Shown: piece after piece, positions 62,856 through 64,000 of the stretch | Layout of the letters: each line of letters starts with the position of its first letter | How positions within the stretch are numbered: position 1 is the first letter of the stretch | DNA from: Lama glama | Lineage: Eukaryota | Direction of reading: 5' to 3' | NCBI GenBank assembly: GCA_028534125.1 | Contig: CM052818.1 | Coordinates: 47,990,001-48,054,000 of the forward strand | DNA: 64,000 nucleotides | Program-made: the position numbers and the translations under genes | Notes under the pieces: model-generated | Database searches by the model: none | Told to the model about the DNA's origin: nothing | What the model saw: the letters and a program-made list of their open reading frames with translations, nothing else

Positions 62856-63199
62856 ACATGCCAGGACCAATCTTTCTATTTCTCTGGTGAATTCTAGAAT
62901 GTGAAAGCTGAAAAATTCACGATTGTGCATTCAGTCGACAAATATTTGTGTCTCTTAACTGTCAGTAAAGGAGACATTTACAAAGTGAAGTTGAGCAGAG
63001 AGAAATTTAATTTTCCTCTGGGCATAGAAGCCGGTTAAACCTCCCTGTCCCCTTGTGTCCATGTGAGACTAAGTGATTAGTCTGGGGCTATGGAATGTTA
63101 CCAGCTTCCAGCCCCTTCCTTTTATCCTCCACTCTCTCATCTCCCTTTTTTTCAGCCCCTGTTAGGGAGAGAGCTAGGAGACCCCATGTGTCAGTGGAG

Positions 63200-63360
63200 C
63201 CACTAAAGGGAAAGGCTCATGCCTGAACCATCACGTGGAAACTGACAAAACTTTCACTTCACTCCTGTGAGTGAGAAATGTGCTTTTATTTTAATGACCC
63301 AATGAATATTGTAGTATATTTGTTACAGCATTTGAGCGTTACATACCCTGACTAATACAA
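63200..63360 (+). mobile_element. Old MLT1 LTR 3' end
   Basis: gtgagtgagaaatgtgcttttatttt...atttgttacagcatttgagcgttacataccctgactaataca. Confidence 0.7.
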
Positions 63361-63540
63361 ATTCTATTTTTCTGCCAGCACCTAGTGGTTGCTACCATAA
63401 TCTCTCATTTGGAATATTGAAATAACCCCAAAAGGATCTTTTCTCATGCTCTCTTGCTCTACTCCAATCTATTTCCAATTTCATCCAGAAATATTTTTAA
63501 AGCAAAAATATGGTAAGTATAAGCCATTGCTTAACATCTT

Positions 63541-63661
63541 TTTTTTTAATTTGCATTCTTTTTCATTGACGTATAGTCAGTTTACAATATTGTGTCAATT
63601 TCTGGTGTATAGCATAATGTTTCAGTCATACATCTGCATACATATATTCACTTTCATATTC
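63541..63661 (-). mobile_element. Short camelid-type L1 3'-end insertion with target-site duplication, inside an L2
   Basis: Poly-T then cattgacgtatagtcagtttacaatattgtgtcaatttctggtgtatagcataatgtttcagtcatac; TSD tgcttaacatctt (63528-63540) / tgcttaacacctt (63662-63674). Confidence 0.88.
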
Positions 63662-63850
63662 TGCTTAACACCTTAAATGGCTTTCCAAAGTTCTTAGGAT
63701 AAAACTTCCCTGCAGGATCTGGTTCCTACCAATGTCATCTCCCCTTGTTTCCTCCATCTCTCTCTCTCTCTATTTCTTTCACACGATCTGTCTTTTAGTT
63801 CTTCTATCACACTATGACAGAGAGTTATCTCTTACTCCTATCTTCCTACC

Positions 63851-64000
63851 CAGTGGTGTTCTGATTTAATGACCAGTTCTCTTGAAAAAAAAGTATGTGT
63901 GTGTAAATTTATTTTAAGAATTGCAATTTTCAAATAATTAAATATGCAATACTTTTTATTGTAAATTCCATTTTCCTGATTGATTCTCCTGGAAATCATT
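63851..64000 (+). mobile_element. MER63-like hAT element start (may continue past the window end)
   Basis: cagtggtgttctgatttaatgaccagttctcttgaaaaaaaagtatgtg resembles the MER63 5' end as I recall it. Confidence 0.45.

Noticed and set aside
199..63676. All ORFs in the six-frame track as protein-coding genes
   Set aside because: They are short (60-168 aa), often overlap on both strands, show no domain I recognise, and many lie within L1, MLT or MIR repeats. This is the pattern expected of chance ORFs in mammalian non-coding DNA.

Overview
This is mammalian (eutherian) non-coding genomic DNA, very probably from a camelid (alpaca, vicuna or camel). The assignment rests on two tRNA-Ala-derived Vic-1-type SINEs and several short artiodactyl/camelid-type L1 3'-end copies. 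I found no recognisable protein-coding gene, rRNA, genuine tRNA gene or CRISPR array, and the ORF track looks like chance ORFs or decayed L1/MaLR sequence. A large share of the window is interspersed repeat: L1, L2, L3/CR1, MIR, MLT1/MLT2 LTRs, a MER31/MER67-like ERV1 LTR, and MER104, MER53, MER58 and MER63-like DNA transposons. L1s and LTRs occur in both orientations, which suggests intergenic (gene-desert-like) DNA. Between the repeats are unique blocks that look like cis-regulatory elements (about 18.0-18.4 kb, 19.15-19.23 kb, 26.2-26.6 kb and 42.5-44.2 kb). There are also a few candidate exons, notably a minus-strand pair at 9198-9636 that splices into an open 109-codon frame of unknown identity. 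Repeat family names come from recalled consensus sequences, not a database search, and boundaries are approximate. I cannot support a claim of a new biological system; the leads below are hypotheses.
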